Shown one piece after another: positions 7,383 to 15,730 of a stretch of DNA of 53,954 bases. Within the stretch, counting starts at the first letter, position 1. Each line of letters starts with the position of its first letter. The notes beneath the pieces are model-generated. The model was not told where the DNA came from. It saw only the letters and a program-made list of their open reading frames with translations, and searched no databases. The DNA comes from a virus (lineage: Duplodnaviria; Caudoviricetes): the IMG/VR virus record IMGVR_UViG_3300022562_000719, positions 1 through 53,954 of that record. One strand, 5' to 3'. A program made the position numbers and the translations under genes.

Positions 7383-9365
7383 TTAATTGAACACAAGTCC
7401 CAACTGCGCTTCATCCGTCGAACCCCAATCCGGTCCCAGCCCACCGTCAACGCGCAATGGCACCTGCAACTGCACGCAGGTTTCCATGATATGCTTTAAT
7501 TCCTGCAACGCCTCCTGGTGTGCTTTTGTGTTGTCAACCGATCCGTCGAGTTCGTCGTGCACGGTCAAATGCGGCACACCCAGCACATTGTACACACCGT
7601 CCTCCCAGCTCTGCACCATAGCGCGCTTCATAATGTCAGCAGCAGACCCTTGGATTAACGCGTTGAGCGCTTTATGGGTGAACGCACGCTTTGCACCTGG
7701 GACACGCTGTTGAAAGTACGCTGGCACATGCTTGCGCTTGATGGGGTCGTAATGCTGCTTTTCCCACACGTTGAACCTGCGGCGTCTTCCCAGCAGTGTG
7801 CGAATCTCCCCCTCCCTGCTCGCCCTCCTGCTGGCTAAGTTATAAAGTGGTCGCGCAAAGGGTGCGCGTTTGTGAAACGAATCAATAATTTTTTGACCCT
7901 CGTCAACTTCAACCCCGAGGTTGTGACAAAGCAGCCACAACCCTTGCCCATATATCAGACCAAAATTAAGCGTCTTGGCTTGCGGGCGGGATAGGCCGGT
8001 GAGCTGCGCCATCATTGCATGGTAGTCAGTCTGCGGGTCAATGATGTACCGTTTAACTACCTCCATCGCACCGCGCAGCTTGAGCAGCGCTGCATAATGC
8101 ACCACCAAGCGGTATTCAATTTGACTCCAGTCAAGCTTGTACCACTGCTGCCCCTCCTCGGGAATAAACACCTGTCTAATTAAGCGCCCATCCTCGGACC
8201 TGATGGGTATGTTTTGCAGGTTGGGATGTGAGCTTGAAAACCTGCCGCTGACCGTACCACCGTCGTCGGAACGCAGTTGGTTAAACTGGCAATGGATGCG
8301 ACCGTTGACGTGACCTTCCTGGATGTACCCTTTAATGAATGTTTCCTTAAATTTGTCAAACCCACGCGCTTCGCTAATCAGGTTGGCAACCGGGTGCGTG
8401 TGCTGCGCAAGCCACTCCTTGCGAAAGGATGGTTTGTTGGTTTTTTCCGTGCGGTAGTAGGGCAGCTCGAGCTTATCAAATACCTTTGCAATGCTGTCAG
8501 CTGCCCAAATATCAACCCCAATACCGGCAACAAGCTTTATCTTGTCCAGGATCCGGTTCTGCTGCTGCTCCATGCTTTTGTATAGTTCATCAGCACGATC
8601 CAGGTTCACCCGTACCCCGCGCTGGTGCATCTGTAGCAACAGCGGAATAAGCTTGCTCTCCATTATGAACAGATCCCACAGCTTAAGCGCTTCAAGCTGT
8701 GCGTGCTGCTTAGCAAAAATGCGCAGCGGTAAATCAACGTCTCCTTCCGCATACGCTGCAACCACGCTGGGCGGTGCGCGCCAGATGTTGGACTTTATGT
8801 TTTGCTCAGTGCCGAATGCACGCTTCAACCACGTTGCCATCGCGTCGTCTTTTTTACCCTCCTCCAGATATTTGCGCGCTAGGGATTCCAGCGAATAGCT
8901 CAAACGGTTTTCATCAAGCAACGGTTCCGCCACCTGGATGTCATAAAAGGGACCGCGCGCCCTGACGCCCGCTGTGGTTAGGTAGTCCAGGTCGTAGAGC
9001 AAATTGGTGCCCACCTTGGGGACAGGTATTTGCAGCACACCGTCCAACCACTCGAGCACCTTTTCGCGTGGTAGGTTTGGCCCCTCCTTGTGTGCTATTG
9101 GATAATAGCAACGGAACCCAGCTTCAGTCCCCACCGAGATGCCTGCAATGTAACCATCGCGCTGTGCACCAGGACCGCGCGTAAGCAGCTCGGGGTCATA
9201 CGTTTCAGTATCAACTGCAATCAACCCTTGGCCACTTAAGTCGGGGAATTGTGTTGGCAGCGTCCAGTCGGTTTGCGGTGTGGGTGGTAGCGGACCTTGA
9301 TAAGTAGAAGCACTTCTAACAGGTGGTGCATCTTCCCAAAAAAGTCCAAACGCATCATCACGCAT
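7383..9365 (-). CDS. polA: DNA polymerase family A (3'-5' exonuclease + polymerase)
   Basis: ExoI DTET; GRFSSSHPNLQNIP; motif A DWSQIEYR; motif B RPQAKTLNFGLIYG; motif C VHDEL. Start MRDD at 9365 follows CACAGGAG. Confidence 0.95.
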   Translation of the reverse strand: MRDDAFGLFWEDAPPVRSASTYQGPLPPTPQTDWTLPTQFPDLSGQGLIAVDTETYDPELLTRGPGAQRDGYIAGISVGTEAGFRCYYPIAHKEGPNLPREKVLEWLDGVLQIPVPKVGTNLLYDLDYLTTAGVRARGPFYDIQVAEPLLDENRLSYSLESLARKYLEEGKKDDAMATWLKRAFGTEQNIKSNIWRAPPSVVAAYAEGDVDLPLRIFAKQHAQLEALKLWDLFIMESKLIPLLLQMHQRGVRVNLDRADELYKSMEQQQNRILDKIKLVAGIGVDIWAADSIAKVFDKLELPYYRTEKTNKPSFRKEWLAQHTHPVANLISEARGFDKFKETFIKGYIQEGHVNGRIHCQFNQLRSDDGGTVSGRFSSSHPNLQNIPIRSEDGRLIRQVFIPEEGQQWYKLDWSQIEYRLVVHYAALLKLRGAMEVVKRYIIDPQTDYHAMMAQLTGLSRPQAKTLNFGLIYGQGLWLLCHNLGVEVDEGQKIIDSFHKRAPFARPLYNLASRRASREGEIRTLLGRRRRFNVWEKQHYDPIKRKHVPAYFQQRVPGAKRAFTHKALNALIQGSAADIMKRAMVQSWEDGVYNVLGVPHLTVHDELDGSVDNTKAHQEALQELKHIMETCVQLQVPLRVDGGLGPDWGSTDEAQLGLVFN

Positions 9366-9562
9366 GTTGTGCTCCTGTGAATTGTTTACTTTTAAATTTT
9401 TTTGTAATAGGAGACAAGCGTGGTTCAGTTTCGACCTCGGACATCGCGCAGCAGTGTCCGGAAAAGAGTTAGCTTGTAGCGGCACCCGCCGTTCGCAACT
9501 TAGCTCCTGTGGGGTTAGAAGCTGACGCAAGCGCGGCGCGGCGGCCACATAGGAATTTCAAA

Positions 9563-9799
9563 ATGCCAACTGTGCACCCAACATACTTTACTGACACGCG
9601 CATGTGGTGTGTCGAAGACCCACCGCTGCAAGCACCGTCGCTGCGCGAACTAAAAAAATTGCTTCCGCGCGGTTGGAAGATAGCGGGATATTTTCCTAAC
9701 GGGTTTCAAGCAACACGCGCACCTGGGGAAGCGGTATTGCGCCCCGTGCTGAATCACCCACCAAAGTTTCGAGATAATACAGGAAAATCAAGAGTTTAA
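9563..9799 (+). CDS. Hypothetical protein
   Basis: ATG 9563 after AGGA; first rightward ORF. Confidence 0.5.
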   Translation: MPTVHPTYFTDTRMWCVEDPPLQAPSLRELKKLLPRGWKIAGYFPNGFQATRAPGEAVLRPVLNHPPKFRDNTGKSRV

Positions 9800-9804
9800 A
9801 GTTC

Positions 9805-9833
9805 TTGCTATTTGAAGCTTCTTGGGCTAAACT
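9805..9833 (+). promoter_or_regulatory. Sigma70-like early promoter
   Basis: TTGCTA-N17-TAAACT with AT-rich upstream sequence, just before the RBS at 9842. Confidence 0.65.
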
Positions 9834-9856
9834 TCTTGCATCACAGGAGGTTAGCG

Positions 9857-10240
9857 ATGTCAACATACAAACTACAGCCCCGCGAAAGTACTTGCACGTT
9901 CCACAAAATCACGACCGGGCGCAAATGGGTCGGTCGTGTAACACAGCACGCAGATGGGGATTGGTTAGGTATTATTGGTCCCCTCATGCTTAAGCGCCCC
10001 ACACGCGAGCAAGCATTTGACGATGTAGTTGCGCAGCACCTTGGCTACCCAAGTGGTGTAGCGTTGCGCAATAAAAACAGTCAAGTCCGTAAAGCTAAGC
10101 GTTTGGTCAACCAAGTAGCGGATCACGCGTTTGCTGAATATCAACGCGGCAATATGGCACTGGCGGATAAGCTACTTACCAATCCCACGGGTGCTACTGC
10201 ATTTATCAATGCAGCGTCGCGCAGCATTTTCCGCAAGTAA
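9857..10240 (+). CDS. Hypothetical early protein
   Basis: CACAGGAGG RBS, ATG 9857. Confidence 0.75.
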   Translation: MSTYKLQPRESTCTFHKITTGRKWVGRVTQHADGDWLGIIGPLMLKRPTREQAFDDVVAQHLGYPSGVALRNKNSQVRKAKRLVNQVADHAFAEYQRGNMALADKLLTNPTGATAFINAASRSIFRK

Positions 10241-10271
10241 TTAACCCAACCTTCCACCACAGGAGCACACC

Positions 10272-10496
10272 ATGAAAGTCCAAGACCTTATCGACCAGTT
10301 GCAGCAGTTCGACCCACTCGACGAAGTGCACTTTTCCTACAACTCCGGCGACCACTGGCACACCACCGTTGTACCCGTTGTGCGGTGCGTGGAAATGTTG
10401 CCGATAATTGAGTCCGAGTACCATGACAAGCCCATACTCCTTGACGACGAGGATGAGCGCTACGACGACGCGCAGCAGGTAGTTGTGCTGAGTTGA
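10272..10496 (+). CDS. Hypothetical acidic early protein
   Basis: CACAGGAGCA RBS; MKVQDLIDQL start. Confidence 0.8.
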   Translation: MKVQDLIDQLQQFDPLDEVHFSYNSGDHWHTTVVPVVRCVEMLPIIESEYHDKPILLDDEDERYDDAQQVVVLS

Positions 10497-10541
10497 TGCC
10501 TTGCTCCCTGCACACCCATGCGGTGTGCAGTATGGAAGGCA
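10497..10541 (+). repeat. Structured intergenic element, copy 1
   Basis: TGCCTTGCTCCCTGC-[hairpin]-GCAGTATGGAAGGCA. Confidence 0.8.
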
Positions 10542-10563
10542 AACTTAACCACAGGAGCAGACG

Positions 10564-10878
10564 ATGAACACCAAGCTACAAAACCGGCGGTTAGATGAAG
10601 CAGCGATGTTGCGTAAAATGTGCATTCAGCAGACCACCGAATGGATGGATGACGTTATTAGTACGCTTGAGCGCGGTGTGCAGGACTTGCGTAGTCGCAA
10701 ACAAGCGTTTCTTGCGTCCACCGACCCCAAGATTGCTGACGCACAGCGGCAGCTGGGTAAGCCCATTAATCAGCTGTCCTATTTTGTAAACGACTACACC
10801 AATGTCACCCGCAACTTGCGGATGGATATGGTGCCCAACTTGGCGGCTGCGCTAACTGTTAGCAAAGTTTCCAGTTAA
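10564..10878 (+). CDS. Hypothetical early protein
   Basis: CACAGGAGCA RBS. Confidence 0.75.
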   Translation: MNTKLQNRRLDEAAMLRKMCIQQTTEWMDDVISTLERGVQDLRSRKQAFLASTDPKIADAQRQLGKPINQLSYFVNDYTNVTRNLRMDMVPNLAAALTVSKVSS

Positions 10879-10902
10879 CCCACCACATCACAGGAGCATA
10901 CA

Positions 10903-11169
10903 ATGACCACGTTGAAACAGATACGCGAAACGGTGCACGCGGACCAAATCAGCCACAAAAAAGACGGCACCATCATATTCCGTGAAGGGTACTTCTACCA
11001 CGGTGGGCGCACCGCCGAAAAGTTCGCCCAGCGCATCACTCAGGCTCTTACGACAGCAGGTATTGCCCACACCGTTGTCGACTGGGGTGACCACTGGGCC
11101 ACCTTCCGTGGCAATGCACCCCTGGCGCGCAGCTCCCACTTCTACGTTCAGATCCGCTTGCAAGGTTAA
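10903..11169 (+). CDS. Hypothetical early protein
   Basis: CACAGGAGCA RBS. Confidence 0.75.
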   Translation: MTTLKQIRETVHADQISHKKDGTIIFREGYFYHGGRTAEKFAQRITQALTTAGIAHTVVDWGDHWATFRGNAPLARSSHFYVQIRLQG

Positions 11170-11179
11170 GGAGCACACA

Positions 11180-11416
11180 ATGTCCAAATCAAAACGCGAA
11201 CGCATGTTAACCGCGCTGGTACATTGCATCGACGCAGCACCTGAAGCAAAACAAGCTGAGCTTGCTGCTGCATTTGATGACTACACCAAAACGTACAAGC
11301 AGCCACCGCTGGATACCCTGGCCGGCTGGCTGCTTGCTGCAATCGAGGACGGCATTGCATCTTACCAGATGTCCCTGGAGCTTGCGCACCAGGAGTATAT
11401 GGACGCACACCATTAA
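11180..11416 (+). CDS. Hypothetical early protein
   Basis: TAAGGAGCA RBS, start MSKSKRERM. Confidence 0.75.
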   Translation: MSKSKRERMLTALVHCIDAAPEAKQAELAAAFDDYTKTYKQPPLDTLAGWLLAAIEDGIASYQMSLELAHQEYMDAHH

Positions 11417-11417
11417 A

Positions 11418-11459
11418 TGCCTTGCTCCCTGCCGCTCTCGGGCGGCAGTATGGAAGGCA
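11418..11459 (+). repeat. Structured intergenic element, copy 2
   Basis: Same 15-nt arms as 10497-10541 with a different inner hairpin. Confidence 0.8.
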
Positions 11460-11485
11460 CTACAACCACACACAGGAGCAGTACA

Positions 11486-12106
11486 ATGCGAAAACCCTTT
11501 AACCTACAGCAAGCACTCACCCAGGCGTGGGACCTTATGTGGCAACGCAAACTCGAGCAGCGCAAGGTCGCTGAAAAGGCCCTTAAGAAAACCGGCAAGC
11601 AGCCGTGGGGCTACGCGGAAACTTTTTACACCACCGCAACGGATATGGAGCGCATGATACGGGCCTTTGCAACCGCGGATATGGAAGGCACCCCGCGTGA
11701 GCAGGCAAGTGGAATGTTTATTGGCGGTGGCGTGCGTATTTCCACGGGCATGCGCGGCACACTGCTTGATGCTTGCCGGCAGTGGCTACTGCGCAACCCC
11801 AAGATCAGCAGCCACAATTTCGGGCGCGGGCATATTAGCGGTCAACGCTTCCGCCCCGTTGGGCAACCTATTGGTCCAGCTGAGCAAGTTACCATGCAGA
11901 AAAAAGCGGAACGCCGCGCTAACCCGCGCCCGCGCTTGTATCACTACACCGAAAGCGAATACGGTGGGCGTCCGTGGTGCACCCGTGCGCGGCGGTCTGC
12001 TTATTCCTGGCGTCCCAGCCGTCACGTATGTACAACGCACAACCAGCAGCAAGTCACCTGCCCACGCTGTTTGAAGATGCTTGCTGCTGATCCGCAGTGT
12101 AAGTAA
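11486..12106 (+). CDS. Hypothetical protein with C-terminal Cys/His motif
   Basis: CACAGGAGCA RBS; H...C...VTCPRC may bind Zn. Confidence 0.7.
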   Translation: MRKPFNLQQALTQAWDLMWQRKLEQRKVAEKALKKTGKQPWGYAETFYTTATDMERMIRAFATADMEGTPREQASGMFIGGGVRISTGMRGTLLDACRQWLLRNPKISSHNFGRGHISGQRFRPVGQPIGPAEQVTMQKKAERRANPRPRLYHYTESEYGGRPWCTRARRSAYSWRPSRHVCTTHNQQQVTCPRCLKMLAADPQCK

Positions 12107-12140
12107 GTTATCGCCCATACCCCATCACAGGAGCAGTACA

Positions 12141-13694
12141 ATGGTACAACTTAACCTCAACCAATCCGGTGTCCCGGTTAGAACGGACATTGCTTGGTCC
12201 CCACAGCAACTCAGCTTTCTGAACTGGTGCAAGTCAGGTGCAGGGTCGTGCATCCTGGTAGCCGTGGCCGGCGCTGGTAAAACCACCGTGCTCATCGAAG
12301 GTGGTCGCGTCATTGCGGGTCAGGTTGCATACATGGCCTACAACAAGGATATTGTGAAGGAAACGAACGAGAAGTTGCTCAAGCTTGGTATTGACTGGAA
12401 AAAAATGCAGGCCAAGACCGCGCACGGCTTCGGCTCCGGTGCATACCGCAAAGCGCGCCCGAATGTGCGGTTGGATGAGTTTAAGATCCGCGACATTGTA
12501 GAACAGTTGGTGCCGGAGAAGCACCCCTTGGCCATCCACCAGGACGCAATATGCAAGCTAGTATCGCTTGCCAAACAAGCGGCGTTCGGTGTGGTGCACG
12601 CGCTGGCAGACCAGCACTTATGGCTGGAAATGGCCGAGCACTTTGATGTGTTTGATGATGACGATAAGCCCGCCCCGCGCGAGGAGATCATTGCGCTGGC
12701 AATTGATGTGCTTAAGCAATCAAACACCATGCTTGACATCATTGATTACGACGACATGATCTACATGCCGCTGCTGCACCGCTGCCGCTTCTGGCAATTT
12801 GACGTGGTCATGGTGGACGAAGCACAGGACACCAACGCCGCGCGCCGCGCACTGGTGCGTGCGATGGTCAAGAAGGGTGGGCGGGTCATTGCAGTGGGTG
12901 ACCCAGCACAAGCCATCTACGGGTTCACAGGTGCGAATGCTGACAGCCTTGACCTTATTGCCAAGGACTTCAACTGCGAGCGCCTTCCCCTTACGGTGTC
13001 TTTCCGTTGTCCGAAGCAGGTGGTCGGCTTTGCGCAGCGGTGGGTGTCGCATATCCAAGCTGCCGACAGTGCACCTGATGGTGCTGTTAGCAGCACCAGC
13101 ATGGAAGCGTTCCTTAAGCGCAATGACCTGAGCGGTTCCGCTGCTGTGTTATGCCGCACCAATAAGCCACTTGTGTCGCTCGCGTTTAAGCTTATCCGCC
13201 AGCGCACACCTTGCCGCATAGAGGGGCGCGACATTGGCAAGCGCATTCAAAAGCTGATTACGCGATGGAAGGTGAAGACGCTGGATGCACTCGAGACCAA
13301 GCTTGACACCTACCTGGCGCGCGAGACGACCAAGCTGCTTGCCAAACGGCAGGAAGCAAAGCTTGCTGAAGTTGAGGATGCAGTTGAAACCGTGCGTGTC
13401 ATTATTGACCAATGTCGCGCGGAAAAGAAAACCACCATACAAGACGCAGTTGACTTCGTGGATGGTTTGTTTGCGGATAAAGTAACTAACATGCTGGTAC
13501 TGTCTTCCATCCACAAGGCAAAGGGGCGCGAGTGGGAGCGCGTGTTCTGGTTGGACCGCGCTGGTACTTGCCCTTCGAAGTGGGCGCGCCAAGCATGGCA
13601 GCAGGAGCAGGAAAAGAACCTGATGTACGTTGCAGCTACTCGCGCCAAGGCTGAGCTGATTGAACTTGCACCCGAACAGAGGAGGGCGGCATGA
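12141..13694 (+). CDS. UvrD/Rep-like SF1 helicase
   Basis: AVAGAGKTT, VDEAQD, VGDPAQAIYGF, SFRCP, SIHKAKGREW, YVAATRAK. Confidence 0.92.
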   Translation: MVQLNLNQSGVPVRTDIAWSPQQLSFLNWCKSGAGSCILVAVAGAGKTTVLIEGGRVIAGQVAYMAYNKDIVKETNEKLLKLGIDWKKMQAKTAHGFGSGAYRKARPNVRLDEFKIRDIVEQLVPEKHPLAIHQDAICKLVSLAKQAAFGVVHALADQHLWLEMAEHFDVFDDDDKPAPREEIIALAIDVLKQSNTMLDIIDYDDMIYMPLLHRCRFWQFDVVMVDEAQDTNAARRALVRAMVKKGGRVIAVGDPAQAIYGFTGANADSLDLIAKDFNCERLPLTVSFRCPKQVVGFAQRWVSHIQAADSAPDGAVSSTSMEAFLKRNDLSGSAAVLCRTNKPLVSLAFKLIRQRTPCRIEGRDIGKRIQKLITRWKVKTLDALETKLDTYLARETTKLLAKRQEAKLAEVEDAVETVRVIIDQCRAEKKTTIQDAVDFVDGLFADKVTNMLVLSSIHKAKGREWERVFWLDRAGTCPSKWARQAWQQEQEKNLMYVAATRAKAELIELAPEQRRAA

Positions 13695-13915
13695 CTGTGC
13701 TGAGCAAATATCCGAAGCCCACGCGAGCGGAGGAGGTGAAAGTGCTAGACAATTTGAGGTTCTGCGTGTTTCGGGACTATTCACAAAAGCACCACGAATC
13801 TTGGCGCGTAACTTACGACGGCAAGCTAACCACCCCTTGTTTCAACAATCGCGGCGCAGCCTATGGCTATCTCGAAATGCTGCAAAAGGGACGCCGAAAA
13901 CCGGAGTTTGTGTGA
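13691..13915 (+). CDS. Hypothetical protein
   Basis: GGAGG RBS, ATGA coupling with the helicase. Confidence 0.7.
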   Translation: MTVLSKYPKPTRAEEVKVLDNLRFCVFRDYSQKHHESWRVTYDGKLTTPCFNNRGAAYGYLEMLQKGRRKPEFV

Positions 13916-14034
13916 TGCGCAACCTAATCATAAGCATCGAGCTGCTGGCAGTGGTTGTTAGCTTAATGATCGCTTCCAGCGTACTTGGTTCCAGCGTCGC
14001 GGTGATGTTGCTGCACGGTTTAGGTGCACGATGA
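13915..14034 (+). CDS. Small membrane protein (MRNLIISIELL...)
   Basis: TGATG coupling; hydrophobic 39 aa. Confidence 0.55.
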   Translation: MRNLIISIELLAVVVSLMIASSVLGSSVAVMLLHGLGAR

Positions 14035-14897
14035 AACCCTGCACCTTAGATCACACAGCTCCAGACATCATACCAAAATTCCTTTGCCGTCTATGCAACC
14101 CTGAAAAAGCAACCTGGGATCTAACGGCGGCAAATATTATGGGCGATTTCACTTCATCACCTGCGGTGTCCTTTGTCGACCGCCTCGAGCGCGAACGACA
14201 ACTGCGCACCCAATACAAAAAGGAGCGAGCGGAAGTACGCATCAAAAAACTTAAGGCAAGTTTAGAACGAAAGAAACTCACACCAATCTCAACTGAAGGA
14301 TTGCGGTGGGACACTAAGTGGTCTAAATGGGTTCCCGATACAGTTTCAACACAGGAGAACGACAACATGTCACGCCTAACGCTTACCCCATACGATAAGA
14401 ACGATCAGCCAATTCCGCGCGGTTTTACTTCGGTGAATGAAGACGCGTCGCCGGACGAAATCAAACAGAAGGTTCGTCACGCGTTTGTACGCGCCGGCAT
14501 CGGCAGAACGGTCAAGGTGGTTGCAACGAAAAAAGGTGGTGGGTCGGTTCAAACCTACACACCAAGCGACGTTGCACTTGCAATCACCGCAGCAGCCCCA
14601 CAGTCAACCGAACCAGCTACGGCGACAGAGGAGGATGAAGTGAGCAAGCGCAAGAAGACAGCGGCAAAAAAGGGTAACGGCGAAGCGCGGCGCACGCGTG
14701 CAACCGTCACCCTGGAGATGCTTGGTCGCAAGACCGGCACCACTGCGGAAGAACTGGTGGAAGCGTTCAAGCGGGAATTTGGCGAGGGCAAGCTTACCAC
14801 TGCGCACCTTGCCATCTACAAAGCTCCCAAGGCCGCGAAGAAAAAGATTGTTAAGGAAAAGTCCGAGACACGCGGCACGGTGTATTACTTGGCCTAG
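14031..14897 (+). CDS. Basic protein with C-terminal winged-helix (DUF3489-like) domain; possible internal starts
   Basis: LEMLGRKTGTTAEEL...RGTVYYL. In-frame starts with RBS at 14367 and 14640. Confidence 0.6.
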   Translation: MKPCTLDHTAPDIIPKFLCRLCNPEKATWDLTAANIMGDFTSSPAVSFVDRLERERQLRTQYKKERAEVRIKKLKASLERKKLTPISTEGLRWDTKWSKWVPDTVSTQENDNMSRLTLTPYDKNDQPIPRGFTSVNEDASPDEIKQKVRHAFVRAGIGRTVKVVATKKGGGSVQTYTPSDVALAITAAAPQSTEPATATEEDEVSKRKKTAAKKGNGEARRTRATVTLEMLGRKTGTTAEELVEAFKREFGEGKLTTAHLAIYKAPKAAKKKIVKEKSETRGTVYYLA

Positions 14898-14912
14898 TTG
14901 CCCGGCGCGCCT

Positions 14913-14957
14913 GCTGGTTGCAGCTTGCTCTGGCGGTAAGTTGCAACCAGCCCTTTT
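14913..14957 (+). terminator. 16-bp hairpin + short U-tract preceding the deazaguanine operon
   Basis: GCTGGTTGCAGCTTGC / GTAAGTTGCAACCAGC (two G-U pairs) followed by CCTTTT. Confidence 0.6.
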
Positions 14958-14975
14958 CCTGCACAGGAGGGTTCC

Positions 14976-15335
14976 TTGATCACCACAGTCTCGCGCCGCT
15001 ACCACTTCGAAGCAGCGCATTATCTGCCGCGTGTACCGGAAGGACACAAGTGCAAACGTATGCACGGTCACAACTACGAGCTGGAAATAACCGTATCCGG
15101 GGAAGTTGAAAGCGATGGGTTCATTATTGACTTTTGGGATTTGGACAAGGTGGTGCAGCCACTCATTGACATGGTTGACCACCGCACGCTCAACGATATT
15201 GGTGGGCTGGAAAACCCCACCGCTGAAAACATTGCAGCGTGGTTCCTTAACCACCTCATGCACCAAGGCGTGAGTAAGGTGCGTGTGTATGAAACAAAGG
15301 ATTGCTGGAGTGATGTCTTCTTAACGGTTCTCTAA
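14976..15335 (+). CDS. queD: 6-carboxytetrahydropterin synthase
   Basis: FEAAH, CKRMHGHNY, DHRTLN, NPTAENIA, VYET; TTG start after CACAGGAG. Confidence 0.95.
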   Translation: MITTVSRRYHFEAAHYLPRVPEGHKCKRMHGHNYELEITVSGEVESDGFIIDFWDLDKVVQPLIDMVDHRTLNDIGGLENPTAENIAAWFLNHLMHQGVSKVRVYETKDCWSDVFLTVL

Positions 15336-15358
15336 TATGCACAACACAGGAGCACAAA

Positions 15359-15730
15359 GTGAAAAAAGTCTACCTCGGTGGTCCCATATACGGGATCGCT
15401 GACCCCAGGAGTTGGCGAGCAGTTGCCTCCGTTTTTTTGCCCAAGGGCTGGCAAATAGTTGACCCCACGGTCTTTGAAGTTGCGCACTTGACGTGCGAAC
15501 AGTTGGTCAAGCTGGACCTGCATCACCTTAAGCAGTGCAATGCGTTGCTGGTGCGTGCGGAGCAAGCGTCGTGGGGCACGGCCATGGAAATCTTTTACGC
15601 ACACCAGCAGGGCATCCCCGTGCTTGCATGGCCCTGCTATTTGGAACGTGCGCCGTGGTTGACCGCGCATGTGACGGAATTCTTTAGTACGCTCGAGGAC
15701 GCAATGCAGGGGCTAGCTCATGTCAAATAA
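15359..15730 (+). CDS. Nucleoside 2-deoxyribosyltransferase / nucleotide N-hydrolase family protein
   Basis: KVYLGGP...DLHHLKQCNALLV...SWGTAMEIFYA...GIPV, including the conserved Glu. Confidence 0.75.
   Translation: MKKVYLGGPIYGIADPRSWRAVASVFLPKGWQIVDPTVFEVAHLTCEQLVKLDLHHLKQCNALLVRAEQASWGTAMEIFYAHQQGIPVLAWPCYLERAPWLTAHVTEFFSTLEDAMQGLAHVK

Noticed and set aside
7990-8460. Unusual PolA motif B residue as a sign of altered nucleotide selection
   Set aside because: KTLNFGLIYG carries the ordinary Phe of E. coli Pol I, so nothing diagnostic is visible.
9366-9548. N-terminal extension of PolA in the ORF track (similarly 709-894 for the NusG-like gene)
   Set aside because: Strong RBSs sit at the downstream ATGs, and the extensions cross intergenic AT-rich or repeat sequence.
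14898-14975. preQ1 riboswitch upstream of queD
   Set aside because: No class I stem/loop consensus or A-rich tail; only a simple long hairpin.
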